The notes below the pieces were generated by a model that saw only the letters and a list, made by a program, of their open reading frames with translations, did no database searches and was not told the DNA's origin. DNA of 64,000 nt from Felis catus. Taxonomy: Eukaryota. The stretch covers positions 139,996,001 to 140,060,000 of the forward strand of contig NC_058374.1 of assembly GCF_018350175.1 (NCBI RefSeq), read 5' to 3'. Below, one piece after another: positions 24,409 to 37,100 of the stretch; the first letter of the stretch is position 1, and the number at the start of each line of letters is the position of its first letter. The translations under genes and the position numbers were made by a program.

Positions 24409-26101
24409 TTAAAGCTCAGCACTTTCCAACTGCTTTACTACACCTGTTATTTTATGTAGGCCGCTCGTCCTACACAGTGGAAACGCCGTTCAGGGGCGTT
24501 CAGGGTGCTGCTCTGCCACACCCCACGGTCAGCGAGGTCGTGTTTGGAGCTTGGTGGCACCAGGGCAACAGGGCAGCGCTCGACGCGTGGGTGGTTGTCT
24601 GGAGGCGAAGCGATCAAGACACTGACCGAACGTGCAGGGGTGTGGTGATGTGGCAATCACTGGGGCACTCTGTACGGCACGCAAGGGCGGAGACGGAGTC
24701 ATCGAGGGCTTGGAAACCGTTACCCCACTCAGAACGGAGGCGCTGGAGCCGTCGGCCAAGGGTGAGCCAACAGCACGCGGGCTGTTGATCTGCCTTTACC
24801 TTAGGTGTTACTCACGGGTGTGAGCGGACCGTCAGCCAACGTCCCTGTTGGAGCTGCCCTCATTCGTCAATTGCAGCTATAGGCTGGCTGCATATTCAAG
24901 ACTTCAGCAAAAATCAATGAAAGGCTTCCTTGAGAATCAATCACCTGTGTGGAATGTGTAATTAAGGACACGGTGTTGTTTCTTACTATGTGCAGATTGT
25001 GTACCGTACATCCTTTGTATTGGTAAAATGTAATAAAAAGACGCCTTGAAGGTTGAGGTACTTGGACGGGGTTCTGGCCCACATTACAGGGAGGTTAGTT
25101 GCCTGAAATCCCTTGGGCGTAAGTAGAAAAAGCAATTTTAAAGCTTCAAGAGATTGAGATACAGGAGTGGTTTTATCATTCCATCCCACCTGGCATTCCC
25201 GCTAAGTCCCTCTGATGGCCTGGTCTTCACTCTCTTGGCCACAGAGTGAAAATAAATTGGAAAGTGAAGCAGAAGGCTCTTTAGAAGACCAGCGAGCTGC
25301 CCCCTACAGACCGTGTGGGGGATTCCAAGAGGGTTGGTTCCCGCTTGCTCTCCGCCAGGTCCCCTGCTCCATTCTGACCACCTGTGCCTCCAGCCACATG
25401 GCCACTGCTACTCCAGGGATTAGATGAGTTTCTCGTTCAAAGAAATTGTAGTCAATGGACACGCTTAAGTGTGCCTGTTAAAACCTCATGAGAATTAGTG
25501 CCATGCGTCAAGGAACCGGCAACTGGAGGGGGACAAGAGTAGGAAGGGCAGTGAAAACACTCGAAGTTGCCTTTGCCCGGCATGTGTTGTCCCAGAGTGG
25601 GTCTGAGGAGCCCTTCTGCTGGCCCCAACAGAGCTCGCTGGCAGAGGCGAGGGGAGCCTTGGCCCCAGAGCACGGCGGCGGTTACCCAGTTGGTATGGAG
25701 ACCCGGCCAGGCCGTGTGGAAGGCCATCGGCGAGACGCCGGGACCGGACAGCTTGCGCACCCTGTCTAACCGGGCCATTTGCCGTGGGTTCCTCCACATA
25801 CCATGGCCAAACACCCAGCGTGCCCAGACCATGTGACTCCCACTCACGGTCCAGTCATGATTCACGGCGTCTCTTTCCATCTTCAACACGTCTGGGTTTG
25901 AAGGATGAATTTTCTCTTCACTGTTCATCTTGTCGCCCCTGCGAGTTTCTCGGGACGGTTCTCCTACCTGGGCTCCTCCTCCCTCTGCTTTCACACGGCT
26001 CGCTCTTGTCCATCCTTGTGACTTAATTGTGACACTACTTCCTTGAAGGAGCCCATCCAGGTGAGTCCTACCTGCGACTCTTTCTGTGTTCCCACAGCTC
26101 T
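24409..26101 (-). pseudogene. Decayed large middle exon of the DTHD1-like gene (N-terminal linker, ZU5a, ZU5b)
   Basis: Candidate acceptor tttcag| at 26102 and donor TTTAA|GTATGA at 24409/24408. Fragments: THLDGLL; VQVPQPSRRLFITFYQYKG and IFAEV (ZU5a, cf. recalled DTHD1 KRVPFPIGIAIPFTARYRG and TCASV); ARVLLAHP, FQALD, VIATSP, ALPCCP at 24562-24579 (cf. SRISLNYP, IQPVD, VQSTSP, FLPCSP); KVLSFK (cf. KLLGFR). Frameshifts and stops throughout. Confidence 0.7.
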
Positions 26102-26999
26102 CTGAAATTTGCAAGCCACAGTGGACCTTCGTCAGTGGCCTGCTTACGGGTCCTCCCCTAGGGTGGGCTCCTGGACCCCTCGGGCTGGCCCTGTGCCATC
26201 TGGGCATGTGACCCCACGCCAACCCCTCCCTGGCTGCCCCAAAGGGTTTTGTGGAAATTACGTGAACAAAGCACTATGCAGAAACCAACTTTAAAAGCAA
26301 GGTGTCTCCGGCATCCGAGTGAATTCCGAGGAGATATAAATCAACGTCACAGGACTTCAGGTGCGTAAGGAACCTCCAAGGACCTGGGAGCCATGATGGC
26401 TTTTAATCAACATTAAACATAGGTGGTTTGAGGAGACTCTGCCTCCAGAGAGAGATGAGGGGCAAATCTGTCTCTAATTCTGGTTCCCGAAAAATAAATT
26501 AAGGCAATTGTTACCCCAGGATCGCTCTTTCGTATCCACCCGTTTTCTCTAAGCTGCACATTAATACAGCCTGCACTGAAGACGATGAAAAAGTCAGTAC
26601 AGACAGCATGCTTGTGTCTCTTCCTGAACGGGATTATCTTTGATGCCTGTAGCCTGAGGTCAGAGTTCAAATCTTGAGGGAGCAGACAGCCGACACCCAC
26701 CTTATCGAGGTGACATCCCCTGGGGATAGACGAGGACTCTTCTTACCTTAGACCAGAAGTCCAGCGTGGCCACAGCCCAGACGGGACCCCTGACCAGCCA
26801 CCCGCAGCTGAACAGAGGGGCGAGGGAGCAGGAGGGGGGCGAGTGAGCGGTGAACAGCACATCCCATTGGCGTCCTCAGCACGGGAGCTGCTCTTGTCTT
26901 GTCTGGTGACTCCCCTAACGCACACGCCGCATCAGCAGACGTTTATTGAGTGCCTATTAGTCACTCAGCCTAATTTGGCAAATTACCCTGCATTCTTGT

Positions 27000-28850
27000 A
27001 AACAGCAGACCCCTAAATAGCAACAGTAGAAGCCAGAAAAATTGGGTAATAATATCTTCAAAGCGCTAAGGAAAAAAAAAATCATGGTTAGCCTATAATT
27101 CCGTGACCAGGAAAAGTACAAGGGGGAAATGAAAAGCTTTGAGACGAAAAACGCCAACCAATCCTCACCAGGAGAACTCCCCAAAGATGTGCTTTATAAA
27201 GAAGGGAAGTGATCCCAGAATAAAAACACGAGACGCAAACAGAAATGCCGATCACCCTGGTGTAACAGAGAGGAACGGGAACAAATAACAACATGAGATT
27301 TGTGAGATTTAATAAGAGTGTATCATTTATGAGATTAAAGATATTAATACACGGCCTCCTCAAAACCTGGAAAAAAACATCGCTTAGATGGGGCTACAGT
27401 TGGGGCTATCGAATGCTTTCATTATTCAGAGAGCATCCAGTTATTAATTACCTTAAACACTTACAATGATTATTAGACAAGGCAGAATTTTAAGTGTAAT
27501 TCCAGCAGTGTAAATGGGAAATCACAGAAGGAGGAAAACTAAGCCCATCTAAGAGAAAATAAGAAAAAAGAGAAAGTAAGAAACAGGAAATTTGGTAACT
27601 GGGAAACACAAAACATGTTGGTAGTAATGGGTCTCTGCACATCAGTTATCCCAATAAATGTAAATGGAGAAAATTAAAAATGTGTTGAATATGAACATTG
27701 CTAAAAATGTATGACAAATGATCTGATTACATGTTTTAAACTAGAAACATGATGGAAACAGGAAAACACACTCACAGGGAGCACCTGATGAAGGAAGTTG
27801 GGCAGGTAAACATAAGGCACATACTGGGACCCCAGGGTAAGATACACGGGAAGAAATCAACAAAATATGTGCAAAATCTCAAACGAGAAAAATGGCATAT
27901 CTTCAGAAACAACAACAACAACAACAACAACAAAAACAGACATACCAGAAGGTATTCCACGTTTATGGTGAGGAAGCTTCACTACTTCAAGATGGCAAAT
28001 CTCCCCACCCTGAGTCAGAGATTCAGTAGAAATCTTGGGGCCGATTTCTGTGGAAATTCTAACATTCATGGACGAGCAGACAACCAGGGGCAACCGAGAT
28101 GCTCCTGATACCAATGTCCAGATTTGTGGGTCCACACTCATGGTCCGTGCGGCACGCTGCCCGGGCACAAGACTTTGGAGCAGAGCAGAGGCCACAGAAG
28201 GCTGAGGGGCGGGGAGAGACTGCAGCCAGCGTGGAGGGAAGAACGATTCAGGATGTGGGACCGGACAGTATTTCTACACGTGGATAACAACGAAAGAGAA
28301 GAGGGGAAAGCAAAGAAAAGAAAATGCATCCCTACTTCACAACGGAGAAGGCATCCATCACAGATTGTTTAAAAAATTAAAAGTAACAGGCACAGCTATA
28401 CATATTTGGGAAGAAAGCATTATAGGAATCAGTGGATTGCCCACACCAGACAGGAAAGCACTAACCATAAAGCATCTTAGAAGCAGAAACTTTTGTTTAT
28501 GAAATAACACCATTTAAAAAGTAAGAGAAAGGCCACAAAATGTGAGAATACGTTTATAATCCATCTAATGTAGGGAAGACGTGTGTCCAGAATAGTGATG
28601 TCCCGTAAATCCGTAAGCAAAGTCGTGCCTACCAATGAAACATGGAGACCGTACATAAAAGCATGTTTCATAAAACGGGACACCTTAATAGCTAATAAAT
28701 ACTTTAAATGATGGTCCAACTCGCTATCAAAGAGGGATGCAGATTAAAACTCTATCAAGGTTGGGTTTACCCACCAGACCGATAAAAATTAAGAAGGAGA
28801 CAAGACCGAGTACTCGTGAGGACGGGGAAAATGAGCACGCTGTAACTTAA
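27000..28850 (+). mobile_element. Fragmented ancient L1 remnant
   Basis: AATATCTTCAAAGCGCTAAGGAAAAAA, CAAGATGGCAAATCTCCCCA, AAAGGCCACAAAATGTGAGAATACGTTT; boundaries approximate. Confidence 0.6.
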
Positions 28851-29126
28851 CAAAGTCACAGCGGGAAACAGGACGTCCCTTCACCGGAAGCTATGCTGCG
28901 GATGCGTGTTCCCTGAGATCCTGGACGTGGTCCCCCCTGGGCATAGCCCCGAGACACATGCTTGTCTGCGGACACGGGGCTGGGTGTGGGCAGGCTGGGG
29001 ACTGACCCCGCATCACCACACGGTGCGCAGCCCCCAAAAAGGCGGTGGTCACCCCGGTGGAAAGGAAGAAAGAGCGAAGCTGTGAATGAGTCTCAAAACC
29101 GGAACTGGGTGAAGAGAGAAGTAATG

Positions 29127-29270
29127 GGGGGCTCCTGGGTGGCTCAGTTGGTTGAGCGGCCGACTCTCGGTGTCGGCTCAGGTCATGATCTCAGGGTCAT
29201 GAGCTCGAGCCCCACGTTGGGCCCCATGCTGGGTGTGGAGCCTGCTGTAAAAAAAAAAAAAAAAAAAAAG
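29127..29270 (+). mobile_element. Can-SINE, short form with poly(A)
   Basis: GGGGCTCCTGGGTGGCTCAGTTGGTTGAGC...GGAGCCTGCT followed by a run of about 21 A. Confidence 0.9.
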
Positions 29271-30830
29271 GACAAACTCAGAACGAAGGAAAGAGACACT
29301 CGTCAATAGCTGACGTTTGTGACCACCTTCTCTGTGTTGGGTCTGCTCTTACTGTCACAAGCTTCACGAGGAGGAAAGGAGCGCTCTCTTCCCATTTCAC
29401 AGATGAGGAGAGACCACGGAGGCTCGCTGCAGAGCCACGGCCTTGACGTCTACACTGCTGTGTCCGTCCAGAAGGAGCCCGGATGGTGCCGAGACCGGCA
29501 GAGGCGATGGACCATCTCCTGCAGGCAGCGAGACCCCCAGCCCTGTGCGAGCCCTTCCCTCCCTGCAAAACCAGGGGTGCCTCGGGAAAAACCAGGCAGG
29601 TGGAGACCCCAAGTCTGCCCTCAGAGACCTGACATGGTCTCACTGGGCTAAAGTCCAGGTTTGGACAGAGCAGTGCTCCTGCGGGCCCCCCGGGAGGGCG
29701 GGTCTGTCCCCTCACCTTCTCCAGCATCCTAGGCACCCGCATCCCCGGCTGGAGGGGGCATGGTCCTCACTCCACCTCCCACCGGGGAAGCAGCACCGCC
29801 CTGAAGATCTTTCTCCCAGTTCGGAACCCGAGGGGTGTGCCTCTCAGTCAACCTCCTCCCTTCCAGGGGCCTCTGCGGCGGCAGAACGGGGACCTCTTGG
29901 GGAGAGCAGGACTCCGCTGTCACCGCAGAGGGAGCTCACGTGACCCGTCACGGACGCTTGGGAGCGTGCGGCAGGGACGTGTGCAAACTGAGACCTCCTT
30001 CCTCCCTGGGGTAGCTCATTCCTTTCTTTGTTCTAGGGCTGCGGACGGGGTGGGGTGTGGGAGGTGAGGCCCCCAGAGAAAGGCAGAAGCAGTGGCCACC
30101 CGGCCAGAGGAGGGGCGTGAGCGTGAAGTGCAGGCAGCCTCACACCCGGGCGCCATGAGGCACGGGTGCAAGGCCAACAAGACCTTTCCTTCTAAACACA
30201 CAGGGTCCGGGAGCCCAAAGCCTCCCTCACATGCTGGTGTGGGTCACCTGAAACGTTCACCCGACAAACTGCCCCCTCCCCCCTCGCTGTATAACCTCTT
30301 CATGACCCGGTGTCCATCTGGTGCCAGACGCCCTCCTGTGCCACCATCCCGGACGATGGTCCGGCTGCTACATGGTAGGTCCCTCCATGGGGAGTCAAGG
30401 AGGCCCCGGCCAGACCGGGGAAGGCTGACCCAATGAACGACCTTCACGATAACTGGCTTTAGTGTAGTGCTTAATTGCCTCTATCATTTCTCCTTAGGTA
30501 GTTCATGAGTCTTCCTAATTGGATCATGAATCTTCTGGAGAGACTTGTATTTCCCTTTTTTACTCCAGGTTTCCTTTAGCCCAGAGGCAGGTGCCCCAGA
30601 TACACCTAAAGACAAGAAAACCAGAAATCGAGGGAAGATTTCCAGATCTGAGCCCTCCCACTAGCTGGAGGTGTGATTCTGGAAAGCCCCAGGCTTTTCT
30701 ATGCCTCACTTCTGGGGTCTGCAGAGTGGAGGGGTTGCGGTGGGCATACAACCCAGCAGGACTCCCTCAGCTCCAAAATGAAGGACCACACATCTGGATG
30801 CATCACGACTCTGGGCAGACCACGCATCTG

Positions 30831-30965
30831 GGGGGGACCGCGCAACCGGGGGGACCGCGCGTCCGGGGGGACCGCGCGTCCGGGGGGACCGCGCGTCCCG
30901 GGGGACCGCGCGTCCCGGGGGACCGCGCAACCGGGGGGACCGCGCATCCGGGGGGACCGCGCACC
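30831..30965. repeat. 17-bp CpG-rich minisatellite (GGGGGGACCGCGCGTCC) x8
   Basis: Eight near-identical units plus degenerate flanking units. Confidence 0.95.
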
Positions 30966-31547
30966 AAGGGAACCACATATCTGTTGAAGCAGTCTCTAAC
31001 AAACACTGGTGTGGTAGGGTCCCCTCCCTAAGGAAAGAAAGAAAAAAAAAAAAACCCCAAGGCAACCTGGCCACACACGTACGTGACAGCATCGTCCCTC
31101 ATGACCTTGTAACGTGAGATCACTTAATCAGACTGCATGTTTGTGTGTTACCCTATACGGGAGACAAAGAAGTAAAAAATTTATAAAAAACACTATGCCA
31201 CGTGGCTTTCAGGGCCGGCAGGAAGAAAGTTGCCTCCCGGAAGGAAAATCCTCGGGGTCGCGACTCTCTGTGCGAGAATCCCGCTGCACTGGTGCCTTGC
31301 TATCCACGGTGAGGCCTGTGGACCCGCGGAGGCAGCACCGTGTGAAAGCACGTAGTCGTGCGACCTCTCAGGCTCCAGACCTGCCGAACCAGGAGCTGCA
31401 TGTTGACAACATCCCCGGGCCGCCCATCGGCGCCCCGAGCTCCGCACCCTGTCCCTGGGACTGTGCCCAGAAGCCCATAAGAATCACTTCCAGGGCTTGG
31501 CGAATAGACGAGCCTTCGTGGTGCTTCTGGTTCTGGGAAGGGGCCTG

Positions 31548-31930
31548 TGTCAGTGTCCTGTGGCTGCCAACAAAGTGCCGCGGTCGCGGGGGCTGAAATA
31601 ACCAAAGTGAACCCTCTCACGGTTCTGGGGGCTGCAGTCCAAGATCAAGATACCGGCAGAGCTGGGTCCTTTGAGGACTGGGAGGGAGCATTTGCCACGG
31701 GCCTGTCTCCCTGGCGGGCTTGTACCTGTGACCTGTGCCTCTTCCCATGACCTTCTTTCCAGGCATCTCTCTGTCCACATTCCTCCTTTTTACAAAGATA
31801 CAAGTCTAACTGGGTCAGGAGCCCACCCTAGTCCAGTATGACCCGTCTTAACTAATTAAATCAGCAGTGAGGTCGTGTTTTGAGGTCCTGGGGATTAGGA
31901 CATGAATTTGGGGAGGACGTAAGCCCTCCT
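31548..31930 (-). mobile_element. MLT1 (MaLR) solo LTR
   Basis: GTTCTGGGGGCTGCAGTCCAAGATCAAG...TTTTACAAAGATACAAGTC...GAGGTCCTGGGGATTAGGAC. Confidence 0.8.
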
Positions 31931-33659
31931 GGTAACAGAACCTGTGAATCTGTATTGAATAAGCATCCCACGGGCCTCAGGCCCAGCGGGTCTGGGCCCC
32001 CCTGGCCTTGGCAGTGAGGCAGAGAGCAATGGACAGCGGAGGGGTGTGTGGGCGGAGAGGCTGCTGTGCCAGGAAGCTGGTCTCCGAGATGGGCAGCTCC
32101 CCCCGCGGGCAGGGCAAGCGTGGGTGGCTGCTGAGCGCCTGCGGCCGTGACTCGTCATTTCCATGGACAGCCTCTCCGAGGGCTGCTAAGTGCTTCCTTC
32201 TTTTTCCCTTCTCTACTGTTCTGCTCCTAGAATATAAAACCCGTTCCCCAGAGGGGTCCCCGGGGGGCCTTTTTGTTTGTCAGCGCCTGGTTGGAAAGGC
32301 AGGGCCCTGCACCCTGGACTCCAGCTGGCCGTCAACCGAGGGGTTAAGTGGCCCTCCTACAGGCAGCGTGTGGCCGGGGGCCACGGCCTCTCTGCCTCCT
32401 GGTGTGGGCCTTCGCCCTGCGAGGTCACTGGCCTGCTCCCTGATTCGGATGCTGTTACGTGTTTGGAGCCCTGATGTGTCTGGAGGCTTAGCGGACTCTC
32501 TGCGGGAAGACAGCTCCTCCGTCAAGAACGAGGCTCCCTGGGCAGCAGGGAGGGAGGCCCAGCCTGTGTGCGCCCGCGGCCCTGAGGCACTCGCCGCGTC
32601 CCCGTCATCCGGGAGGCTGGCGCGGGCACTGGGGACAGGGGGCCCCGCCGGGCCACCAATGGGCCCCTTGCACCTGCTGACATTCACAGGAAATACACAA
32701 CCCGCCCCCCCCACCTACCACCCACCCCCGGAGGGAGCTGCCCCTGCCACGTCCTCGCGCCCTGATCGCGGATTGATTATTCTCCCGCACTCCTACATGC
32801 CATTGCTGGCCAAACCCACTCAGTCCTTTCGCCCAGAATATTCCGTCAGCCCTCGGGCGATCTTCATGGGTTCACAGTTCCCAGAGATGTGTGCCCAGCA
32901 CATCTATAATCAAGCCAAGGGCCCGTGGGGTGAAGGCACCGTGCCTCCGAACTGTGTTCATTTGAGCCTGTGCGATTCCAGGCGGGCGATAATGTGGAGA
33001 CACGTGGTGCCGTGTGCCCCCTGCGCGGGAGGGGAAGGGAGGCTTCAAAGCCGCTGAGCGGCCGTGGGCAGAGGACCACAAGGAGGAGAGCTCCCTGACT
33101 GAGAAGCAAGGCCTTCGAGTCATTTTCTAGAACAAAGACTGTCAGGACCCATCACAGAACACTCTTCTCTGCCAGGCAGGGGCCCTGCGGGCCTCCTGGT
33201 GGCACGCTGGCTTTTCACTGCCGGTGGAGCGTGTGCTCTGAGGGGACGAGCCCCCGTGTTTCCAGAATAACCGTCCATAATGGAGACCTCCCCGCACCCC
33301 CACCCCCGCAGACGGCCAGTTCCCGGCTGAGTGCAGGACAGCAGCGTCTGCCCGCGCTGCTCTGGGCTCCGGAGGTGGGCCTCACCTGTGGGCAGCGGGC
33401 AGCTCGACAGGCGAGGGCTGAAGAGCCACCCGAACCTCGTCCGATGTGTCCTAACTGAATGGTTCATGGGGCACACTCCCCCCACTTCCTGTACGTCTGC
33501 AGGCCCCGGAACACCTGACGGTTAGCCAGGTCCGTATGACCCGGGCCTGCTGGTGTCAGCTCAGTGCTTTGGGCCGTGGGGAGGGGGTCAGCCCTCTGCC
33601 CACGGGTGGACACTTTTCTTTAAGGGCAAATACTGCTTTCCAGGGAGGCTCTTTTCTTT

Positions 33660-33850
33660 ATGGTTTGTTTATTTATTTGGGGGGAAGGGCAGACAGAGAG
33701 AGAGGGAGGGAGGGAGAGAGAGAATCCCAAGCAGGCCCCGGGCTGTCAGTGTAGAGCCCGACGCGGGGCTTGAACTCACGAACAGTGAGATCATGACCTG
33801 AGCTGAAATCAAGAGTCGAACACTCAACCGACTGAGCCACCCAGGCGCCC
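33660..33850 (-). mobile_element. Can-SINE
   Basis: Ends in CCGACTGAGCCACCCAGGCGCCCC. Confidence 0.94.
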
Positions 33851-33959
33851 CATGGGCTCACTCTTTATTGGTGAATAGAAAGCTTGGGAGAAACAAAACA
33901 AAACAAAACAAAACAAGCGACCTAAATGGTCAGTTATCGAATTCAACTAAGATTTCTCT

Positions 33960-34183
33960 TTTTTTAATACATATATTTTTAATACTCACTTCTTGAGATA
34001 TAGAGACAGAGTGTGAGCAGGGCAGGGGCAGAGAGAGAGGGAGACACAGAATTTGAAGCAGCTCCAGGCTCCAAGCTGTCAGCGCAGAGCCCGGTGTGGG
34101 GCTCGAACTCACCAACTGTGAGATCACGACCTGAGCTGAAGTCAAGAGTCAGACGCTTAACCGACTGAGCCCCCAGGCAGCCC
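33960..34183 (-). mobile_element. SINEC_Fc
   Basis: GAGACACAGAATTTGAAGCAGCTCCAGG...CCGACTGAGCCCCCAGGCAGCCC. Confidence 0.93.
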
Positions 34184-37100
34184 TCCAGGGAGGCTCTGGG
34201 GTTCTTGGTCAGGATGCAAACCTGTGTCTGTGTCCAGGTGCTGTGCTGAGTGACACACACAGGTGCCTTCCAGGGGATCCAGGCACAGAGGGATTGAATC
34301 CGGGGTCCGCTGGCTGGGACGGAGGAGTAGAAGCTGGTGGCGGTGGGGGGGGGGGGGTTGCTGTGTGACACAGTGAGGACGCTCCAACACGGCTCCCTGA
34401 GAGCCCACCACCGAGACCCCCATGTCCCCACCACACCCATGAGGCTGGACGGGACGCTGTCTCCAACGTTTGCATCACACGGCTTTGCTTGCCTGACCCG
34501 GGAGAGGAAGAAAGATGCCTCTGCCTCTTGAATTCCCGGCGAGGGAACCAGATGGCGGAAATGTTGGTTTTAACTTTTCAGCTTCGACCGGAAAGAGGGG
34601 GATGGGACCCCGTGTCTCCGCGGTGCCCGGGGTGGAAGCCGGTGGCGAACTACGGGCACCAGAGGGCGGGGGGTGGGGGCGCAATGGCGTGGACGAGTTG
34701 TGTGTGGCTTTGGAGGCCACGCCATGGCATCTGCCCTCTGGGACCACTGCCGAGGTAACACCACAAGCCAGGCGGCAGAACTCCATGAGCGCGGCCCCCG
34801 CACGCTACGGCCCTTTGCCGAAACCCGCCCCTTTCCGGAAACGTGTGCCATGTGAGCAAGGGGCCGTGGGGGGTTGCCGAGACACGGAAACTCCCACGGG
34901 CATCCGTGACGAAGGGCACTGTCAGCCTGGGCTAGCACCGCGTCACCTGGCCGGGCGGAAGCCGAGTCCTCGGTCCTGAGCCGCCCGGTTCCTCATTCTG
35001 AGCGAGGCGTCGGCCGTCCGCCAGCATCTGTAGATGCACCAGCCCACCTGGGGTGTCAGCGGGCTGTCCCACGGTGCCCCGGGGCCCCGTTCGCCGTGGA
35101 GAGACGATTCACGTGTACCCGCACATTTCAGAGTGCGGTCGAAGCAGAGACCGCAAAAAGGAAACGATGTAAAAACGTGGGTGGAATCCTATCTCCAGCC
35201 ATACACCAGGGAACATTCTAAACTGACCGGGAGGTTAAACGGATGTCTGGCGTATTCTCCCCCTATACATCCGTGACCGTGACCCACGGGGAAAGAAAAC
35301 ACAGGAGGTGAGCTCCAATCGAAATGGATAACCTGGGTGGGCCTGACCCGATCCGTTGAAAGGCTTTGAGAGCAGAGCCCCCCGGATGGGCCGTGTCGTG
35401 GGTGTTGGGTTGTCCCCACTCTGTTGTGAACCGTGTGGCTGTGAGCTCGTGGACCAGTTCCGTGTGAACGTACGTGCTCACTTCTCCGGCGTATCCCGGG
35501 GAGAGGAATCGTTGCCTCGCGTGGTAAGTCCACAGCTACGACTCGTGTCTTCTTTCCACCGAGGCTCAGGAGGGCCGGCCAGTGGGGGCAACGCCGGAAC
35601 CTGTAGATCTCACCCAGCGCTCCGGGGGCGGGGAGAAGGGCACCTGCGTCCCGGGCTGCGTCCAGTGGCCTCGGCTCTGCTCACACATAACGTGGGCCCT
35701 CTCTCCTTTTTGGTGTCGCTCAGTCGTGGCCTCCGGTGTTCTGGGAGGCTGACGCCATGTCCTGGCTGCGAGCGTCGGGATGCCTCCTCCTCCATGCGTG
35801 TTGTGGTCCCCCCGTTCCCCAGGTGACGTCCGCCCGGTGGGAGGCGAACGGGCTGCAGTTGGGCCAATGGGCTCAGCTCACCCTCCAGCCCACTCTGTCT
35901 CGAGAAATGACGAAGCCCCCGGACGCGCAGGGTCCGCACCTGCCCCCCCCCCCACCAGCAATTCCTTCAACACGGGGCCCTGACCGTGTCTTGGGCCTCC
36001 GTGGGGCTGTCCTTGCTGTCACTGCCTCCCTGCCCTCTCTGCCCGGACGGCCTGTATTTGGTCCTCAGGTCACCTGTCCCACGTCAGTAGCCGGGACCCG
36101 CCCCCAGGCCATATTAGGTGCCTCCTCTGTGCATCCGTCAGACTGCCCTTCTCCACAAGTTGTCCTCAAGCGGGTGTCGAGAACAGACAAGGACCGTGGC
36201 ACTGCAGGTACTGAGTACTTAGTCACTGAGGCAACAGAACCCTGGGCCAGCCCCGCCTCCCTCACCGGGACGCTGTCCAGGGGCCTGCTGGCGCTCACGG
36301 AATCTACCGCCCGAAATGTAAGCACAAGCAAAGTCCAGCCTGGTCGGCAAAGTCCAAGGTGCCCCTTTGCCGGCAGAATGAATCCCAACCTGGTCAGCGC
36401 GTCACCCCACTATCTCTAGCCGGAGGGGGGATGGCCTCGGAACCCAGGCCCGCCTCTTCTCCCGCACAGGTTATCCTCCTATGTGGCTGGTGGTCAGACT
36501 CCCAGTGGAGACAACAGCTCATACCATCTGCTGTGGACAAGGAGGGAAATGCAGTTTTGTTTGAGATGCGGTGGTTTCCCACCCAGGAGCACGGCCTGCA
36601 CTCGGTGACTTTGCACAGGCACTCTTGTTTGCCTGCAAACATCGTGTGTCCCCCAAATCTCCCCCCTCCGAAGGGCACATGGCTCTACCTCCCTCCCGTG
36701 GCCGTGGGGCGCAGGGAGGGGACACCTCCCTCCTCTGGAGAACACGATCAGGTCGGTCTACACCCCAACGATGGTGGAGGGAGGTCTGCCGCCTGCCAGT
36801 GTTGAGTGGGGCACGATCTCATGACGAAACAGCTCCCACACGCCCGGAAGATGCTCACTGATGAGACCGGACATGGAAATGGGGGAGACGGGGGGGGACT
36901 GGGGACAAGAGGCCCCTGAGGCAGCCCCCCCCCCAGGAGGGAGAGGGAGCCAGGTTCTCACCTTTGGGTCTTCTCTGCTCCTGCGCGACATCCACACCGG
37001 CACTTTGGCGAAGAGGAAAACGCCAGCCTTCGGGGCTCCCTACCGTCTCCAGACCCCGCCATGTACTCATCCCGGGCCCGGGGATCCCTGTGGTGCTGAA

